Source: Leucoraja ocellata
Lineage: Eukaryota
Reading direction: 5' to 3'
NCBI GenBank assembly: GCA_036785375.1
Contig: JAWMAR010000963.1
Coordinates: forward strand, 310,001-374,000
Length of the DNA: 64,000 nt
The translations under genes and the position numbers were made by a program. The notes beneath the pieces are model-generated. The model did no database searches, was not told the DNA's origin, and worked only from the letters and a program-made list of their open reading frames with translations. Position 1 is the first letter of the stretch; the number at the start of each line of letters is the position of its first letter. This document shows positions 22,819 to 37,127 of the stretch, piece after piece.

Positions 22819-23923
22819 TAGATAACATGTAGGATCATCCTGCACCAAGCCATAAGTAAATCATAACTACTGGAATAATTCAGTCTGTCGGCATCATTTG
22901 TGGTAAGAGAAACCTGTTCTCTTACCACAAAATAAAAGAAAAGAAAAGGTAAAGGGGGCTTCCACTGTTACAATCAGTTCTACCATTAGCTGAAGGAACA
23001 TCTTATTTTTTATCTGGGCACTGTACATCCTGCAGGACTCAATACTGAATTCTCCAACCATAGATAACATGCCATTATTTTATTTTCCTTTCATCTGTAT
23101 ATTCTGGCCAGCATGCTCCAGAAAGCCAGACTTCACATCATCACCCACACTTCTGAAGATCAGTAGTCCATTACACAAAGAAACTTAACTCTCCATTCAA
23201 TGACTACATCATTATAGGTATTCCCTTTTTCCACCCATTGCCATCCCCCACCTTCTCTGCTACTTGGGGCAAATTGATTTCTCTCTTCCTCGTTCTAATG
23301 AAGGATGTTTGACCTGAAATCTTGGCTGATTTCTCTCGCCACAGATGCTGCTTAACTGGCTGGTTTCTTTCATCATTTCAGATTTTCTTTCAGATTCCAG
23401 CAACTGGCTCCTGGTGGCTGAATGCACAGTTTTCCCCTCTGCTCCCTGCACTTACCTTTCCTGGATGCTGAGCACCAAATGGGTCATCCTCCTCCATATT
23501 TGAGATGTGCTCAGTGATGGGCCTGTTTCTGTGATGTATCTCTAAAGTAAACTAAACTAAGCTCTGACCTTCACATGTGTGGAAGTCTGAGACTTGTTGA
23601 GATGTGTATGACTGTTATCTGGACGTTTCCTGCAGGTCCACCAAATATTACGCAGTTTGATTCAGCTCAATAAATGAATTAACTAAGTTACTGTACCAGT
23701 TACTGTTCTACGAATAGTAGTGATCAGGTTCCATAAATGTGTTTTTTCTTTAAATGTAGATGGCATGAAAATTATACCAGTGGTGATGTTTTATGGAGCT
23801 ACTTCCACAGTTTGAATATTTCTTAATTATAGAGGAGTGAGGAACTCTAAGTGAATATTGTCTAGAAAGACAACAGGTACCTGGCTATATTGATTACATT
23901 ACAAAAGAAAGGATGAACTATAT

Positions 23924-24014
23924 GTCCCCGGGTTTCGGCCCGAAACGTTGCCTATTTCCTTCGCTCCATAGATGCTGCTGCACCCGCTGAGTTTCTCCAG
24001 CTTTTTTGTGTAAC
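23924..24014 (+). mobile_element. Short Penelope terminal unit with 16-bp TSD
   Basis: aaaggatgaactatat at 23908-23923 and 24015-24030; body gggtttcggcccgaaacgttgcc...ctgagtttctccagc. Confidence 0.88.
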
Positions 24015-26284
24015 AAAGGATGAACTATATCCTGGCTCATATTACTTGGAGACAGATATATTTTGAGACACTCAGAACAACCTAAAATGTTATTGATTCT
24101 CGTGGCAATTTTTAATTTAAGCTGTGCTTATCAGTAAAATTAATAAAGCAATATTTCCTTAAGCAACTATAAGAAAATGGGATGGATCGATTCTTCATGA
24201 ACAATGTTCAATCTGAAGAATTTTATTAATCTGTTGTATTCTTGGTCTGTTTCTAGGATTGGGTATCTATGTCAGCAAGGATTGAATACCCAAACTCAGC
24301 TAATCCAGCACTGTTATTGCAAGGCAGGGAAGCGTGAAAACCTATTTGAACCAAAATCAAATGGTTCTTGAGTTCAAACATCAGCAGTGAGCATGCAATG
24401 TCTGCAAGGACACGCAGGTTTCAGTGAAAAAGGATGAAGAGAAATACTAACCTTTGTACTTAGGTCACAGATTTAGAGCTAAAGCTATTCGGTTTACAGT
24501 GATTCAGAACTGCATCTCACAAGGACATTGCTGTGTCACTCAGAATGAAATGAACTAGCTTTTGAACAAAGCTAAAATCAATTGGGTGCAGGTGTCCTTT
24601 GGGTCAGCTACAAAATCAATTGGGTGCAGTTTATTACACAAGAGAAACAAAAACAGCTTAAGAAAGTGTGACGTGTTTAAAGTGAAAGTTCAGCAGAAAT
24701 GTTATAGATTTGCTTTAGTTGCAGCATCATTTTTTCTCATTGCATTAAAAATGTTCCTTTACCCTTCCTTTAAAAATAACCAGATGTGAAAGATTGCAAG
24801 AGTCATTCAACTTTGATATTGTAGCTGAAAGCAACCCACCATTTTCAAATGTAGAATGTAAACTGCAAGAACTATATACACTAAAAACTTTTGAAATCAT
24901 TATCTAATTTTTTTTAAACTGCACATGTTAAATTCTCTGAAGTACATCATCATTTTATTTTAAAGTTTAGTTGCTTAGAATCAACCAAGAATTGTATGTG
25001 TGTTCTAGGTTAGAAATTAATAGAGATTGGAACACTCCACAGTTTTCACCATCATTGGATGCTGCCTTTGACTTACAACGTCCAAATAGTTTCAACTTCA
25101 CTTTACATCTTATAATTGAAATGACATTTTGATTTCATAACCATCACCTCAATGTTTGATAATAGTTTTATAGATTTTTAATCAGATAAATAATAATAAT
25201 AATAAGCATCACATTCAGGAGGCAGACAGGACAAATGTTTCATGAAAGCTGAACATCGGAGACCTGAAATATCTGTGACAAGAACGGGTGAATTGTTCTG
25301 GCCTCTGGCTGCTAATAAACACCCTCTATTTAATATCTTACGGTAATGTAACATTTGCTAGCAAATGTGAAATTTCTCCAGAAATGGAAATATATTTGAA
25401 ATACCTACATGCATGGACAAAGGTGGTAATAATCTTTTTTTTCGTCAGGGATCATTGAGAGATTTTATCAAACATTTAAAACATAGCCTCAGATATGAGA
25501 GTTACAAAAAATTAACTCAGAAACATTTAAAGCTGCTGACTGATGCATGTAGAAACTTTTCAATTATCAAAGTAAGGCATTTTGGTTAAAGTGCAAGCCA
25601 TTGTCTCCACAAAATCAGATCCTATGTCAGGTCTAACCAAATGGTGAGTTGGCAGCATAATGCCAGGGAAGTCCCAGCAAGCTGGGTTCTGCTGAGTCCA
25701 GCACATTTGACTTTGAGAGTTTGTCACTAAACTGGACTTTTGTGTTTCCAAATGGGATGTCCATATCCTCAGTTAAACTGGAAATTACTGGATTATCATA
25801 AAATCATATTGGTTCATTAAAATCCTTTAGGAAAATAAATATCCCATGCTAGTCCTGTCTTATGTGACTCCAGACGGTTATCTGGTGTTCAGGGGCATTT
25901 AACTATGAACAGCAAATGCTCTGGCTTTGAGATCCCATAGTCAGAACTTCCATTGATTGCATCAAAAGTACCAATCCAACACTATCCCCATGCAAAGTTG
26001 TTGGGTCAGTGGGAAGGATGGATCAAATTTGTTTGTGAAATTTGGCACTGGAAACATGTTGTTGGCACTTTACTATCCTATAAATAACCTGTGTAGGTCC
26101 CTTATTTACTGGTGATCCAGCAATCAACCATTTTCTCATCCACTGCAGAAGAAACTAATTTATAATGTTTCTTGTTGAGTTCCTCCAGCAATTTATGTTT
26201 TGCTCAAGATTCCAGCATCTGTAGATTTTTGTGCCTCTAGTTTGCAATGTTATTACTTCTGGTTCTACCTCCTTGTCCATTATT

Positions 26285-26575
26285 CACCCCGATGCGGGAG
26301 ATTTGACCGCCAGCTGCAGGAGCTTCGATCGCCCCGACTGAGGATGGTTCACCTGCCCCGACTATGGGAGGATAAAGAGAGAGAAGGTTGGACTTTATTG
26401 CCTTTCATCACAGTGAGGAATGTGGGGAATCCACTGTGGTGGATGTTTATATTAACTTTTATGTAGCTGTGTGTCTTGTTGCCTTATTTTTACTATGGCT
26501 GTAAGGTAAATCGAATTTCACTGTACCTTGATTGGTACATGGGGTAATAAACTGTCCTTCAAACCTTGAAACCTT
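26285..26575 (+). mobile_element. Non-coding retroposon with a Rex1-type tail
   Basis: GC-rich 5' part, then aatttcactgtaccttgattggtacatg...aataaa and an (AAACCTTG)n tail. Confidence 0.6.
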
Positions 26576-27159
26576 GGTTGTATAACTCGGTGACACTGAT
26601 TAAACAGAAATCTAAATCATGCTTATAAACTGTTTAAAAATGTTGAGTTTATCTAAGACTTGAAATGCTATTTTTTATATATTTGTATTCATTTTTAGAA
26701 TAGAGGCCAGTATTTATTGCCTTTATCAAAAATATCCTTGTGTTTCTCCATCCTAATGGTGGAAAGAGAAAGGTTTCAGGATTTGAATTCTGGAGTTTAG
26801 GGTATCGCAAAAAGAAGACAGAAACACCAATAATAAATCATGAATATGCAAGAGTTTAGAACAAGTGGGGCAGAGATATTTCAAAGTGTTTTAGGCCTGG
26901 AGGAGATTATAGATCTTGAAAGCAATGCAACCTTGGAAAGATTTGAAAACAAAAATGAGAATTTTAAAATCTACTTAATTTCCAGTCCACGTTGTCAAAC
27001 ACAGGTTGATGGATGAACTGTGAATGGTTAGGATGAGAAGGAGAGATTTGATACCCGTAAATCTACTGAGATTAGAATGATAAGTGTGTTTGACCTACAG
27101 AAAGCAACAAAGACATGGCTAAGTATTTCAACAACATGTGAGCCGAGGCAAAACTAAGA

Positions 27160-27362
27160 TTTAGCACAAAGCACTGGAGTAACTCAGCAGGTCAGGCAGC
27201 GTCTCTGGAGAAAAAGGATGGGTGTCATTTTGGGTTGGGACTCTTCTTTGAAATATCCCCCATCCTTTTTCTCCAGAGATGCTGCCTGACACGTTGAATT
27301 GTTCCAGCATTTTGTATCTATCTTTGGTATAAACTAGTATCTGCAGTTCTTTGTTTCTACAA
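27160..27362. mobile_element. Inverted pair of Penelope-like termini
   Basis: gtcaggcagcgtctctggagaaaaaggatggg and cccatcctttttctccagagatgctgcctgac form an inverted pair. Confidence 0.85.
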
Positions 27363-27959
27363 AGTTAAAATTAGTCAGATCTACATAGACATCTCAGAAA
27401 AACAATGAAAGTAAGATCTTGAAACTCAATATATATTCATCTCTTCTTTAATTTATCTTATTTTAAATTAGTTAAATGAAGTTCAATTTGCTGATTCAGT
27501 TTTAAAAAGCAACACTTTTTATGACTAATATTCATATTTGGCCCCTTTGTAGATTGAAAGAATAATTAAGAAGTGAGTTTCAAATCTGTTGTAATGGTTA
27601 TTCTATTTTCATTAAAAGATAATGCCAACATGATTAATTAATGTACTGCTCCTTCAAACTCTTCCCAAATTCATAAGAAAAGGGGCATCAACATGATATT
27701 CACAATAACAATTTGGGCAATCAAAGAATTCAAATGAAGTATAACAAAGTGAACCCTGGAAATACTCTGCAGACCATGAAGCTGCTGTGGAGGGAGAAAT
27801 TAGTTAATGTTTTAGATCGATAATCTTTTTTAAAAAGGTTATTAGTGGTTGCAGTTGTTGTTTGGGGGTTAGTGTATAATCAATGGTTGTGTGACCTTGC
27901 CTCATTATATATCACATTTAGCTCTTTATAAACTTCTCACTGTTCATTCGTTCAGCTGT

Positions 27960-28262
27960 AGTCATAGGGTCACAAAGTCATATAGCATGGAAACAGGCTC
28001 TTTGGCAAAACTTGCCCAATCTGACCAACATGGGCAAGTTAAAATTACTACACTACTCTCCCCAAAATGTATTTGGCCCATATCCTTCCAAATCTAGCCT
28101 ATCTATGTACCAATCCAAATGTCTTTTCCATGTTGTTATAGTACACGTCTCAACAAATTCCTCTGGTAGCTCGTTCCATATACTTACCAACCTTTGTGTA
28201 AAAAAATGTTGCCTCTTGGGTTCATATTAAATCTTTCCTTAAACCTATGTCCTCTGGTTCTT
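27960..28262 (-). mobile_element. CR1 3' end, decayed
   Basis: catagggtcacaaagtcatatagcatggaaacaggc...cttaaacctatgtcctctggttc. Confidence 0.8.
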
Positions 28263-30134
28263 GAAGTCATGGAGATGTATTTACAGAACATTCAGTAATC
28301 TACAAAACATATTTCTTTGCAATTTGCTCCAAGACTGCATTATGCAGATACAGGGGAATAATATTTTTCCAGTCTTCAATGGTGAAGCTTTTTTTCTTAT
28401 TTCTCCAGACCTCCATCCTCTTCTATGTGAATTCTGTTTCACATAAAACAAAGGTAATGATGCTATTAATTTAATCGTCAGTGCATAGTCATCTTATGAA
28501 GGATTCACGCTGAGATTTTGATTTATATAGCACAAGCACACTAAACCAAGACTCCTCAATTACAGATATGTAAAGGAGTAATTGATTAATGTTATTGGAG
28601 CTGCTGAACTGGAAAATTTCATCAACTTTGCTTCCAATTCCCTCTCCCTTGTTTTCACTTGATCCATCAATGAATCTATTTCTTCCTCGGTCCATGTCTC
28701 TCTATCTAAGAACTGGCAGTCATCCAATAATGATTATAACCCCATAATTCAAATAGTCACCTTGGTAATACTTTCTTCCACCTGTTAGGACTCATCACAA
28801 TTTTTTGAATTTCTCATTTTCTGTTCATCATCTGTTCTTATGATTCCACTCTATCTTAATCTTTATTACATCTATTCCCTTGCTGCTGTCATATTTTTTC
28901 TCTGTTCCGGATTGTAGGGTCCCTAAGTGTCTCCATTCCAGTTGGCTTTTCATTCACTGTCATTTCTGCCATTTTTAAATACAGCATTCCCTTCCTTCCA
29001 ATTTGCATTTTAGATAGGCAATGCCCATCTTATAAATCATTATTTCTTCCTAAACTCACTCCCACATCCATGGTACATTCCCAATGCATTTGGAATTAAA
29101 ATGCCAAGTATCCCAAAGATTTTGAGAGGACACTGCTAGAGAGACAGAGGGAGATTGAGAGAGACAGAGAGAGACAGAGGACCATAGAAACAAAGATGCA
29201 CAGAGCAAAAAGGTTATGTGATCCACACTTGGTGGCGGATAGCTTTATGGCGTTGCGATGTGACCTTGATAAACAGTATGGGACAAGATAAAGGTATCTG
29301 GGAATGGCCATTTTGTAAAGGGACCATTTGATGAGAAAGAAAATACGAATAAGCATCAGTACAAATAAAGACTTTCTAGCCTGATAAGGAAAAAAAATAT
29401 GTGCTCTGTTTATTTTGTCCTTGGATGGGTTACAGCTTGAAAATGACTGACTTCAGAGCAATGAGCGCCTTGGGCTAGAATAAAGGCAAAGGCATCATTT
29501 AAAAATTGAAGGAAAAATCATGTCAAAGAAGGGCAAGATGGAGAGTCATGAGTTTGAAGCTCAGAGGGCACTACTGCCCATCAACAGAGTGAATCTAGCC
29601 AATGTATTCACATGGATAGTATCTGAGATCAAACCGCAAGTCTTGTGATTTACTTTGAGTGATCAGCTGGAACAGTAAATCAAATATGAATATATTCAGT
29701 GGTTTACATGCATGCTTAAGTAAGTCAAGTTCTCATGAATAGTAAGTTGTACTAAAACTTGGTTTAGAATCTCTTGTTTGACACGTCAGTTGATACTCTA
29801 TAGTGCCAACACCAAGAAACACAGGAATCCACTGCCTGACTTATACCTTCCTCCCTTCCACAATGTAGAGTTCCAGACAAGTCCTTCCAAATAGAACAAC
29901 AATTTACTAATGCTATTCATTCCTGTATAGAATATTGACTGCTCACAATATGGTGTCTTCTGCAGCAGGAAGACCAAATGGAGATCGGGTGATAATTTAA
30001 CTGAACACCATTTTCCAGGCAGAAAAATGTGATCTTGACCACACAATCACTTGTTATTTTTATTAACTATCCAAATACCAATTTGTCCATATTTTCTTAC
30101 AACATAAACGGATACCATTTGGATCTATCAACTC

Positions 30135-31812
30135 AAGGAGATTGATGAAGGTGGGGTGGTGGATGTTGTATTAATGGAATTTAGTAAGGATTTTGATAAA
30201 GTTCCTCATGCTAGGTATAGTGGCAGATTATTATATTGTTCAAAGAATTTCTTTTTCTAGCCACTAAGAGAAGTCAAGGGGGTAAGGAGATAGCCTCGTT
30301 TAAACATGGGAGCTCTCCACGAGACATTCAAAGCTGTTGAAAGATAAATCTTCAAAACACAGTCTCTTGATTAATGGTTTATTTATTGTCATATTAAAAC
30401 AGTAAGATATTCATTCAAACTTCTTCTTGTTAAGTACATTTTAATCTTACTCGAAGTCAAACTCCAGCCTTTGGCTCCGAAATGTTAGAAAGCTATGAAA
30501 ATGTTAGAATGCTCCGACAATGGTTGAAAGAAATGCCATCCCACCATGCCTCTTCCGAACGAAACTAAAAAACTATAAGCTTCTGCACAAGAAGCCCAGC
30601 AGCAAACACGCCTCTGACTACGTAATAAATCCCACGCACATAATTACAGGCAAACTAAATTTAAAGGCAAATGCCATCATTTATGACACACTAAGTTAAG
30701 CCAAATAGTCACTACATTAGGCTGATGCAGAAGATTAAGATGCATGGGATTTACAGTGACTTGGTTTTATTGATTTAGAACTGGCTTATTCAGGGAAGAC
30801 AGAGAATAGTGATGGAAGGAAGATATTCTGACTGGAGGTCTGTGATCAGAGGAGTTTTTACCTGTACTGCGAACTCTGCTGTTTGACATGGACATAAATA
30901 TAGATGGGTTGGTGAGTAAGTTTGCTGACAACACTAAAATTGGAGGAGTTGGAGTGAGGAAGGCTGCCAGAAGATACAGTGGGATATAGATTAGCTGCAG
31001 AAATGGGCAGATGGAGTTTAATGTGAGCATGTTTAAGGTGTTGCACTTTGGAGGGTTGAATGTAAAGGGAGAGTATACAAGATTCCTAACAGCATTGATG
31101 TCCAGAGGTAATCTTGGAATCCATTCATAGCTCACTAAAGGTGGCAGCACAAGTAGATAGGGTGGTAAAGAAGGTGTATGGTATACTTGCCTTCATTGCA
31201 AAGGTCAGTGAGTTAAGAGTTAGGAAGCAATGATGCAGTTCTATAAGACTTTCATTATGCTGCGTTTGGAGTATTGTGTGCAGTTCTGATCACAACATTA
31301 CAGAAAGGATGAGAAGGGTTTGGAGAGGGTACATAGGAGGTTCACCAAAATGCTGCCTGGATTAGAGGGTTTCAGCTACAAGGTACAATTGGATAAACTT
31401 GGAGTGTTTTCTCTGAAATGTTGGAGGTTGATCGGAGGCACAATAGAAGTATATTAAATAATCAGAGGCATCAATATGGCTCACAGAACTTATTTCTCAA
31501 TGTGGAAATGTCCAACAAAGAAGGCAAAGCTACTAGGTGAGATGGGGAAAGTTTAATGGAGATGTGCAGGGCAAGTTTTTTTACACGGAATGTGGTGGGG
31601 GCCTGGAACGTATTTCCAGGGGTGGTGATGGAGGCCGAAACAATAGTGGTATTTAAGAGGGTTTTCAATACGATTTTGATATGGAAGTGCATGGAATTAG
31701 GGGATATAGACCATGTTTAAGCAGATGGGATCAGCTTAATTTAGTATCATGTTCTGCACAAACATTGAGAGGTGAAGGACCCATTCGCTTGGTGTACTGT
31801 TCTATTATCTAT
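30135..31812 (+). mobile_element. Old CR1 LINE RT/3' region, split by a 501-bp insert
   Basis: EIDEGGVVDVVLMEFSKDFDKVPH resumes at 30717 as RLMQKIKMHG; KFADNTKIGG and the 3' end follow. Confidence 0.88.
30216..30716. mobile_element. Probable solo LTR
   Basis: Ends tatagtggc and gtcactaca (imperfect TG..CA inverted ends); flanks ctagg and ttagg give a 4-5 bp TSD; it cleanly interrupts the CR1. Confidence 0.55.
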
Positions 31813-32889
31813 GTTAAGATGATGCCAGGGCATTCTCATCAATCCCATTCCCTCACATCAACCAATTAACCTCCTTGACCCCAGCTGCATATATTATTTC
31901 ATTAATGGTCAGCAGAGGTTCAGGAAAACAGCATTTCGACTTCCAATTAGATCACTTGCAGTTTTCTAGTTAATTAACTCAATAAGTACAGATTAATATC
32001 AGAATTCCATTTTCCAGAACAGTTGTAAAGGATTCTGCTTTTGCTAATTACAAAGTTTCTGGATCATTTATTTTGTTCCATTCCTCGTATCATTACTGCA
32101 TCCATTTTGTCAGCTCTCCATGGTCTAGGTCTTGGAGTTCCAATCAAGGGTCATTACCCTGAAACATTAAAATCTCTGTTTCTCCCTCCACATATGCTAC
32201 GTGATCTGTTAAATATTTCCAGCAATTGCTTTTTTAATTTCAGATTTTCAGGTCTTGAATTCTGGGGACATATTCTAATTTTATTTCAGACATCCAGCAT
32301 CCAGGGCACTTTTATTTCTGGAAAAATTGGTAATAAATTTTGACATCCTTAGATTTGTGTCAAATAAATAACAAAGATTTCAGACAAATATAATGATTTT
32401 CTCCCCAACATGTGAAAGTTGACATCTATCTCTGTGTAATTCCCAGACCAGCGTGTATTATTAGGTGTTGTATTTCAAAGAAAGGTGGGATGATGGCAGA
32501 TTTAAAACAGATGGGAAAGCTACCTTGAAAGAGCAATCTGTTATCCTCATTAGATAACATAAATACCAGGGAGAGAAGTTGATGCCAAGATAAAAGTAAA
32601 ATAGCATAATTGTTCTGAAATGTATCAGATTACAAGTACAGAAATAAGTGACAACATGTGCAAAGCTGAAACACATAAAGGCAAAAATCTATGATCTCAT
32701 AAAAGACCTGCCACCGTCAACTTCACCTGAATTCACTAACGTAAATGTATCTCCATTTGAAAAGCGACACGATAAGACTGGGTGAGTGAACTTTATAGCT
32801 TGTGAGACATTATATTGGGGGTCAGTACACAAGATATGGTTGGATAGAGGGATGATGAGAGATGCAAACAAATGTCCGATGAACAGCAA

Positions 32890-34060
32890 AAAAGGAGACG
32901 AGAAGAACTCTGCAGGTCAGGCAGCAACTCTGGAAGCAAAAGATGCATGTCGATGTTTGGGGCTGAAACTCTGCACAGGGAATGCGAAAGATTGCCAGGA
33001 GATAGCAGTATGAAGGAGGGGTGCGACGGCTCTGGTTGAAGATAGATGAGGGGCAGATGAAACCAGTGGGAGGATGTGGAGAGGATTGGAAAAGTGAACA
33101 AAGGGAGAAGAAACCTAGGAGAGTATGTGAGAAACAGATGAGTGTGTGAGGGAGTACAACGGAGGTGTGGGTTACCTGAAATTGGAAAATCCAGTGTTCA
33201 TGTATTGGGTTGCAAGTTGTTTTTTGAGATTGCATTTGGCCTCACTGTAGCCATAGATAAGGCTAGGAACCGTCAGGTCTGTGCAGAAAAGAAAAAGAGA
33301 GTTAAAATTATACGCTACTCATAAATTAAGATGGCCAGTTGCTCTGTAAAACAGTCACCCAATCCACACTTGGTTTTGCCAGTGCTCTGGAGGCCACATC
33401 ATGAACACTAAATACAGTAGACTAGTTTGAAAGATAAGGGGGAACATCTCCTCACTTGGAAGGGCTGTTTATGTCCCTGGATGGGGGTGAGAACAGGTGG
33501 TGAAGGAATAGTTATTACATCTCCTGTGGTTGCAGGGGGAATGTGGGGGAAATGCAGGGGAAATGGGAAGGGATAGCTGGGAAGGGATGAACATGAATCT
33601 GTTTTCCGAAGGTTGTTAAGAGTGCAAGTTCAAAAGGTATTAAACAACTTTATTCCTATTTTACAAGTTGTGAATGGCATGCAAATTCAGAATTTATAAT
33701 ATCTAATATGGATGTTCATAATCCAGATAAAATCGAGATGCGTCCATAGTCCAGGCCAGATTGAGTACCAAATTAGTTTAATGAAGTTGGACGAGAATCA
33801 TTTGAATCATGACCTGGATGGGTTGTTTGTATCCCTCGATGGATGTGAGGGAGAAGGGCTAGGGACAAGTGTTGCATCTCCTACAGCTATGGGAGGGGAG
33901 GTGTGGGTGGGTGGGTAGGACAGAGAGAACCAGGGAGTCTTGGAGAGAGCACTACCTTGAGGCAGCAGAATGAGGTGAGGAGGAGGAGGTGATGGGATTG
34001 GTGTTGGTATTCCGTTGCACTGGTGGAAATGTCGAAGGATAATAAGGTGGATGAAAAGAA
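32890..34060 (-). mobile_element. Decayed Penelope-like fragments
   Basis: Reverse complements of the GIY-YIG region (tgcaacccaatacatgaacactgga; gacacaaacaacccttccaggt-like) and of the terminal unit. Confidence 0.65.
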
Positions 34061-34274
34061 TCTTGAGTGTATTATGTGAACCCTGTACAAATAGGAATGG
34101 GGTAAGTGTTATAAAAATGAAGGAGAAATTTGGAGAAAGGGGATTCCACAAGTTCTGAGACAGGAAATTTCTACACCATGGGGTTAAAATTCACCTGATC
34201 CAGGCTAGGGATAAATTGTTGAAAGGACAAATGGAGTGGTCACAAAACTTTCAACAAGCAAATGGAGATAAGGT

Positions 34275-34620
34275 TGCTTCAGTGTAGACTAAGCGACCAT
34301 TTCACCGAATGCTTGCGCACTGTCCATCTTGCTGGATCTCTTGGTTACTAACCATTTTAACTTCCCTATCCATTCCTATAGCAATCATTCTTTCCTTGCC
34401 CGCCTCCATTGCCTTAGTGGGGCAATGTGCAAAATGAAGGAACAGCATCTCATATTCTGCTTGGCTAGCTTACAACCCAATTGTATGAACATTGAATTCC
34501 TCCATTTCAAGTAATAGCCTTCCTCTCTTTCTTGTAATCCTTCCCTGCCCCTACCTCACTTTTTCAGCTTTCTCTACCCTACCGATCAATCTGAAGAAAG
34601 ATCCCGACCCAAAATATTGC
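34275..34620 (+). mobile_element. Penelope-like 3' fragment
   Basis: LVTNHFNFPIHS...KMKEQHLIFCLASLQPNCMNIEF; CTGAAGA at 34591. Confidence 0.82.
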
Positions 34621-36454
34621 AACGATCCCTAATTTCTTGTGTTCACAAGGATTATGTGTTTACATCTCTGAAATGCTGAAATTTGACCTTTGATCTCAGA
34701 AGAAAATGACTTAATACATCGGAGGGTTAACCACATCACTTTTTGTTTGCTTATAACTTAACAGACCAACAGTGAGGATGTGTAAAATCTTAATAACGTT
34801 AAATGACAAATTGTGAAAAATCTAAATTATTTTTCCACTTACTGTATGTCTCTGAATTCCTTCAGTGCAGATCAGATGTTTCGCTCAGATCAAGTTACTG
34901 TTTCTGGAGATTTATTTTATTTCAACTCTAGTAAATTTTTGTTTTGATCTAAGTTAAAGATGCCGATGCTGCTAAATGACGTCCTGGTCTTGACACATTG
35001 TCAGATATCATGGCTGGATCCACATGAAACTCTGTGACAACAGTTCATTAATGTACCTCAATCACTAGAACAGTACGGATTTTACTTTTCTTTCATCCTT
35101 TCCTAGCTATGAGTAAATTTACAACCAGTTATGCTAAATAATTAGCGGTATTGCATTATTGGATTACAATATTAGAAACCGAATTAAGTCCATAGAAACA
35201 CACTTCTTGTAAGACCATTATAACAAATTAAGAGTGATAACCTTCATCTCATTTGCCAGGCGGCAATCAAACCTAAGCCCCAGATATAAATGATGAATAT
35301 GCTAATCCATTCCCTTACCTCATCATTTTTAATTCTATCTTGTAAAATAAAGGGAAATGATAATAGTTCCCAATCATTTCTAAATGAGATTCATTGTAAC
35401 CAATTTAAAATTTCTTCACCAGCTGCAAATGGGAACGAAGTGGTCCATTCAATAGTGGTACTGCTCCTGCTTTGATCACACAAGTGGGATCTATATATGT
35501 GTATTTGATATTTCATGGTGTCTATTGATGGACACCTATTATCAACTTATTTTGGGAAGAGTATGCAGTGTTGATGCATTAGTGCCATGTGTTGAACAGG
35601 TTAAACAATGAATGTTAAGTGGTTTTCTGCAGTTGTTTGATGAAAAGATTCTTGAGGTTCCAAATGAAAATATCTACCAAGGCGTTGACAGTTTTGCACA
35701 TTAACTCCAAATCAATATGATGACATGCCTTTGCTATGGGAGTATAGTTTTATTCTGCAATACAATTTTTACTCGATGTGATATGTAAAACAGAGAAGCA
35801 GCACAAAATCTTTAACTAATCACAAAGTCATGGCATTAAAGCAATGCATTTATCTAGAAATAGTGTTCTTGTAAATTAACCCCTTGTGTAGTGCCTGTGA
35901 GTTGAATATGATCTCGCACCTTGAGTTATTGTTGAACGTTGAGTGAAGACTTCACCAAATCCACTGGGGAACCTCGGAGCCTCTTGAAATGGACACAAAA
36001 TAAAAAATCTACATAAAAGCTCTGCCTCCTGTTCATTACTAGTTTATATATTCTGTATTATGTCACAGAAGTCAGCTGATCAACTGGCATACCGATGCAT
36101 TGACACTAGTAGAACATGAGTGTAGAAGTTGGGAGGCTATGTTGCAGTTAGAAAAGATGATGGTGAGACTGCTTCTAGAGTATTGTGTTCAATTCTGGGC
36201 TCCATGTTGTAGGAAATATGTCATCAAGCCGGAAAGAGTGCAGTGAGGATTTACAAGGATGTTGCCAGGACTCGAGGGCCTGAGCTATAGGGGGGAGGAT
36301 GAGCAGGCTAGGACTCTATTCCTTGGAATGCAGATGACAGAGAGGTGATTTTATAGAGGTACTAGACTAAGTGGGTTCCAGCATCACACGGGAGGGCTGG
36401 TCACCCAACGCAATATTCCACCTCTCCACCAATTCCATTATTGCTGGCCAGTGT

Positions 36455-36489
<35 letters not shown>

Positions 36490-36564
36490 CTTTCTGTAGC
36501 GCTAGTATGGACATTGTGGGCCGAATCGATTCTTGGACGCATGGCTGGTACACTGGCAATTCAC

Positions 36565-36774
36565 NNNNNNNNNNNNNNNNNNNNNNNNNNNNNNNNNNNN
36601 NNNNNNNNNNNNNNNNNNNNNNNNNNNNNNNNNNNNNNNNNNNNNNNNNNNNNNNNNNNNNNNNNNNNNNNNNNNNNNNNNNNNNNNNNNNNNNNNNNNN
36701 NNNNNNNNNNNNNNNNNNNNNNNNNNNNNNNNNNNNNNNNNNNNNNNNNNNNNNNNNNNNNNNNNNNNNNNNNN
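36565..36774. other. Assembly gap (210 N)
   Basis: Run of n. Confidence 1.
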
Positions 36775-37127
36775 ATGCCAAGTAACTTCAGAACGTGGTA
36801 AGCATACTGAATCCTGTTACTAACCATATCTGCTTTAAATACCTTTCAACAAACACACTCACCATATACATGGCAGTAAGCTCTCTTCAATTACTCAAAT
36901 GGTTCAGGGTGGCGTTTTCACTTTGGGCCTTCCGCACTCGGCACCACCTCTCCACTAAGCAGAAATTATGCACTCAGCGCCACCTCTCCATTAAGTGGAA
37001 GTCACGGAATGAGCGGAAATTTTGCAATAATAAAACGTTTATTCACGGTTTTTCCTTCCAAAAACTGTTGCACACTTTTCAATGGCACAGTTAAAAGGCA
37101 CATTTTCAAAACAAACCTGGTGCATTT

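Noticed and set aside
36401-36827. ORFs spanning poly-G and N
   Set aside because: Artefacts of the homopolymer and the assembly gap.
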